Shown here: piece by piece, positions 60,521 through 64,000 of the stretch
How positions within the stretch are numbered: the stretch's first letter is position 1
Layout of the letters: each line of letters begins with the position of its first letter
Assembly (NCBI GenBank): GCA_054600435.1
Contig: BAAIJX010000049.1
Location: forward strand, 1 to 64,000
Direction of reading: 5' to 3'
Source: Neophaeotheca triangularis
Lineage: Eukaryota
Length of the DNA: 64,000 bases
Made by a program: the position numbers and the translations under genes
The notes under the pieces: generated by a model
What the model was told of the DNA's origin: nothing
Databases searched by the model: none
Seen by the model: the letters and a program-made list of their open reading frames with translations, nothing else

Positions 60521-62250
60521 TTAAGCCCTAGTGTCTACTACCTTCGTAACCTTAGCAATATTAGCTTATAGCTAATCTTTAGTACTAATAGACTCCTCTA
60601 TATTCTCCCCTACTAACGGAGCGGCGTCGTTCCTACTACTTATCTAAAATAAACCCTTAACCTCCGTTATATACCTAGGAGCTACTACTAGTACCTTGGG
60701 AACCTCGTCCTCCTAATCCGACTCTAGTAAAGAAGAGGAATCCTCGTTAGAAGACACCTCTAGTAGCGTACCGGCGTCGTCCCTACTACTCTTCTGAACC
60801 GGAGCCTTAGATGTTAATATTGTCGTAGTAACTCCCGTACTACATTTATAGGCGTACTAGTTTTACGGTATTTGCTTTATCATTACCCCCTTCACATACC
60901 TATACCTCCCCCTATACTAGTACTTATATCTTAGACACCTACCTACCTAGACAGACACACATGGAATAAATTGCGACTAATTGAATTAGCCTCTATGTAC
61001 TATAACTAACCTAACCGATTTCTAACCCCGACGCATTATTCGTAACCGTTACGAACAATCCCTAATCCTCGACTATACCTGATTCCTAATCCCGTTACAT
61101 TATTCGTAACCGTTATAAACAATACCTCCCTAAGTAAAACTAGTCTCCCGGCTTCTCGAGTGTTCTCGCCACTCGACAATATTAGCGCCTTAAGGGCCTC
61201 TACCGGTATACCGACGGTCTTATCGTAAGGCGGCGACATACTAACACTAGGAGTCGCGCGTAGCGGCGAAGAAGAAGATATGGCGCGATAGCGGCTAGAC
61301 ATCTCGTTAATAAGCATAGACATTTCTATGTAGTAGATAGCGATAAGCCTCTCGATAGTATTAGTAACGATTATAGCGAAGTCGTAGGTTTGATCCGTGA
61401 TTAGGCGTGCTATGTCGTATAGAGTCAAGATCTTATCGTTATTAGGACCGGAACGACGAAGGCCCCCTATTAGGATAATAGCGCGGTTATTCTTATAGAA
61501 GTACTAGGAGACCTTAGCGTTAACTTCTAAGACCTTAAGGTATATTAGCGAATCGGTAGCGCTACTACTAGCGCGATTAGCACGATAGAGTATAGCGGTA
61601 TGGTTTATCTAGACACGGTAGCCACGCTAGCTTACGAGGTTAGGAACGATCTAAAAAGACATTAGTAAAAACTCGTAACGACGACGGAGTAATAGTAGGC
61701 TTACCTCGATATAGGACTACTTTATATCCTAATAGGTATTATATACCGATCTAGTCGTAGAAGACACTATCTAACATAGTAGGACGAAGTCGACGGACCT
61801 AGCGAGAACGTTACTTAAGAGCTCCTTAATATAGCGCGAATAACGAGAGCGATTAACATTAGGAGGATTAAGCTCTATACCCTTATCGATGTCGGCGAAG
61901 TGATAGAACGCCGGCATATCCTTGTCGGAACTACTCTCCTCCCTATTATTACCTATAGCACGCTTACATTTCGAGCCTATACCCTTAGTAGCCGTAGTAC
62001 GCTTCGTACTAACTCCCTCTAACTTTAAACCCTTCTTAGTAGACTTCGATTCGTTAACTAGATCCTTTAACTCCTCTTCTATAAAGCTACTAGTATCGAT
62101 CTAATAGTGGCCCTTAGTCATAAAGACTCCCTTAGCGACGATCGCCCCGTCTATAGTAAAGGTACCCTTACTATTAATAGCTATAGCGCTAACGCTATAG
62201 TCGACTAGCGCCTATTACGGTAGGAGGGTCTACGCTAGCTTAGGTAGGCT
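60521..62250 (-). pseudogene. RIP-mutated spliced gene antisense to the Gypsy pol, with two predicted Cys6 clusters
   Basis: The minus-strand frame is maintained across introns 61704-61651 (GTAAGC...ACTAAT...TAG), 60899-60840 (GTATGT...TAG) and a tentative 61026-60977. The Cys pattern is recovered by reverting TAT/TAC to TGT/TGC. Confidence 0.6.
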
Positions 62251-62419
62251 TAGGTAGGCACTACCTCCTTAGTATTGTTTACTTATACTTTAGCCTTATA
62301 GATAGTTACATAATGCTACTTTGCTTACACTATACATTAAGACCTATACCCTAGATCTTAACATCTAGTAGCTAAGAAGAGAAAAGATCATTAGGTAAAC
62401 CTATCCCTAAAAAGTCTTA

Positions 62420-62850
62420 CTTATAGTCCCTAGTCTACCCGACCGGTAATAGTTAGTATAAAGGAACCTAGTCTGCCTAATCTACTATAGTCTACTCGAC
62501 CTACGACGGTCTACCTAGCCCTTCACTATCTACTTAACCCTCTAGGGTCTACTCGCCTAGTAGTAGTCTACTCGACTCGTCACGAGTCTACTTAACTAGC
62601 TATAAGTCTACCTGACTAGCTATAAGTCTACTTGACTAGCTATAAGTCTACTCGACTAAGGATAGTCTGCCCTACTCATTTTAGGCCGATAGACTAATTA
62701 GGCTCCGGCCTACTCTCTACGGTCTAACTACCGAAGTCTACCTAACTCGCGCTAGTCCGAATCCGAAGTCTACCTAACTTATCCTAGTCTAGTTAACTTA
62801 CTAATGTCGACGTAAACCGCGCTACTCTACTCGAAGTCTATTAACTCTAG
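62420..62850. repeat. Degenerate tandem array built on AGTCTAC, including a 20-bp unit AGTCTACYTRACTAGCTATA
   Basis: Near-perfect 20-bp copies at about 62586-62660, with many diverged AGTCTAC cores around them. Confidence 0.8.
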
Positions 62851-62929
62851 ATGATTTGCCGGAAGACCTTTCCCTTATCCGCTAAATTTAATAAGAGCCG
62901 GTAGAGCCTATCGTAGTCTCGTTTAATTA

Positions 62930-63987
62930 CTATAGTCTCGCCTACCTATAACTAAGAGAATAAAGGGGAATTTACTATAAGCGTCGTCACACGCGTCTAG
63001 CGAAGACTAGTACTTGTCCTATTAGCTCGCTTAAAACCGATAGCTACTTAGTAAGACCCGATTACATAGCCCTTATAATACTACCTTATAATCCGTAACC
63101 CTACCTTTTCTCTACGAGAATTAGTCTAGTCGGGAACAATTAGGCTTTAAGCGCCTACCCTAGAGCCGTTACTAGATCTTATAGAGTTCTTAATCGATAT
63201 AGCCTATTACCTTTTAAACTTCTATAGTAACGAGCGGAGATCTAAGGCTATCTATAGTAGGAACCTACGGATATAGTCTATAGCTAACAGAATTGTCGCT
63301 AGATACCCTCGCCCTAATAAAGACTATAGAGAGTTCGGTTTCCCTCCGTAGTAGTATATAGACAAGACGTTAATTAACCCTAAAGTGAAAGACCTACTTA
63401 GCGCTTATAAGGGAATTAAGTACTACCCCCTACTTAGAATCGACGAACCTAGCCCGGCGATTATAGGAGTACTAGTAGCTACCTACGCCCTACGACGCCT
63501 ACTATCTAAATCTACGGTAAGGATACCTTCTAAAAGCTAGGCAACTGTCCTAGTAACCCCTAAGCAAACCCCTCTCCTAGAAAGCGAAAGCCTACTTAGT
63601 TCTACTATTAGCGACGACATCGTCTAGAACCAAAAGCCAGTTTTCGCTAGTTTTAAGTCTATAAATCACTAGACCCCTTTACCTAAAACCGAAACCACTC
63701 CCGTAACTAAGAACTTATCGCGATCCCTATCGCCTATCTCTAGAGAGTTCTATAAGGAGCTATATACATTTATCGAACCCTCTAGGCCTACTATTACCCT
63801 CTCTAAACATAACCCTAAGCCGGGTTATATTACTACTCTCCTACGTAGCATTCTACCTCTATAAGAGCCTTTTACTATTATGGCATTAATAATAGAACCT
63901 AATAACAACTAGGAGTACGACGACTATTCCCCCGAGCCCGGGCCTAGTAATAGATAAGGGAAGTAGCCTACTAACTACGCCCCGTAA
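62930..63987 (+). pseudogene. RIP-mutated ORF relic of unknown product
   Basis: One + frame gives long protein-like, Pro/Ser/Thr-rich stretches with sparse TAG/TAA stops. 5' end uncertain. Confidence 0.45.
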
Positions 63988-64000
63988 ATGCTTAACCTTA

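Larger units (their letters stand above)
55032..64000 (+). mobile_element. Ty3/Gypsy chromovirus, RIP-mutated, nested in the Copia RT; 3' LTR not found in the window
   Basis: LTR start TGTTATAACC at 55032, then gag and pol in Gypsy order. Membership of 60360-64000 in this element is inferred. Confidence 0.85.

Noticed and set aside
62580..62660. 20-bp repeats as a CRISPR array
   Set aside because: The units are head-to-tail with no unique spacers, the context is eukaryotic and there are no cas genes.

Overview
Genomic DNA from a filamentous ascomycete (Pezizomycotina; short GT-AG introns with CTRAC branch points, RIP-mutated repeats). It has two compartments. (1) About 1-51.6 kb is gene-rich euchromatin. 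Genes in order: a BRCT protein, 6-phosphogluconate dehydrogenase (GND1), UTP18, NAB2, CAP20/perilipin, a PRISE-type reductase, a 2322-aa coiled-coil protein, RPL27, a PTS1-bearing propionyl/acetyl-CoA synthetase, an SDR, Ras2, a conserved hypothetical protein, a SET-domain protein, a GPI cell-wall protein, PEX7, RFT1, an Arg/Ser/His-rich orphan and a small Cys-rich protein. (2) From 51,619 to the end is an AT-rich, RIP-destroyed retrotransposon nest: a Ty1/Copia element interrupted at the start of its RT by a Ty3/Gypsy chromovirus. The most notable observation is an extended region 3' of the chromovirus pol, which holds an antisense, intron-containing gene relic with two Cys6 clusters after de-RIPing, a tandem array and a further sense ORF relic. 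Other highlights are recurrent sub-kilobase C/A-rich to G/T-rich skew switches inside genes, a stop-free in-frame NAB2 intron encoding CxxC-x23-CxxC, and a start codon split by an intron in CAP20. All calls come from manual reading and translation; no database searches were run.
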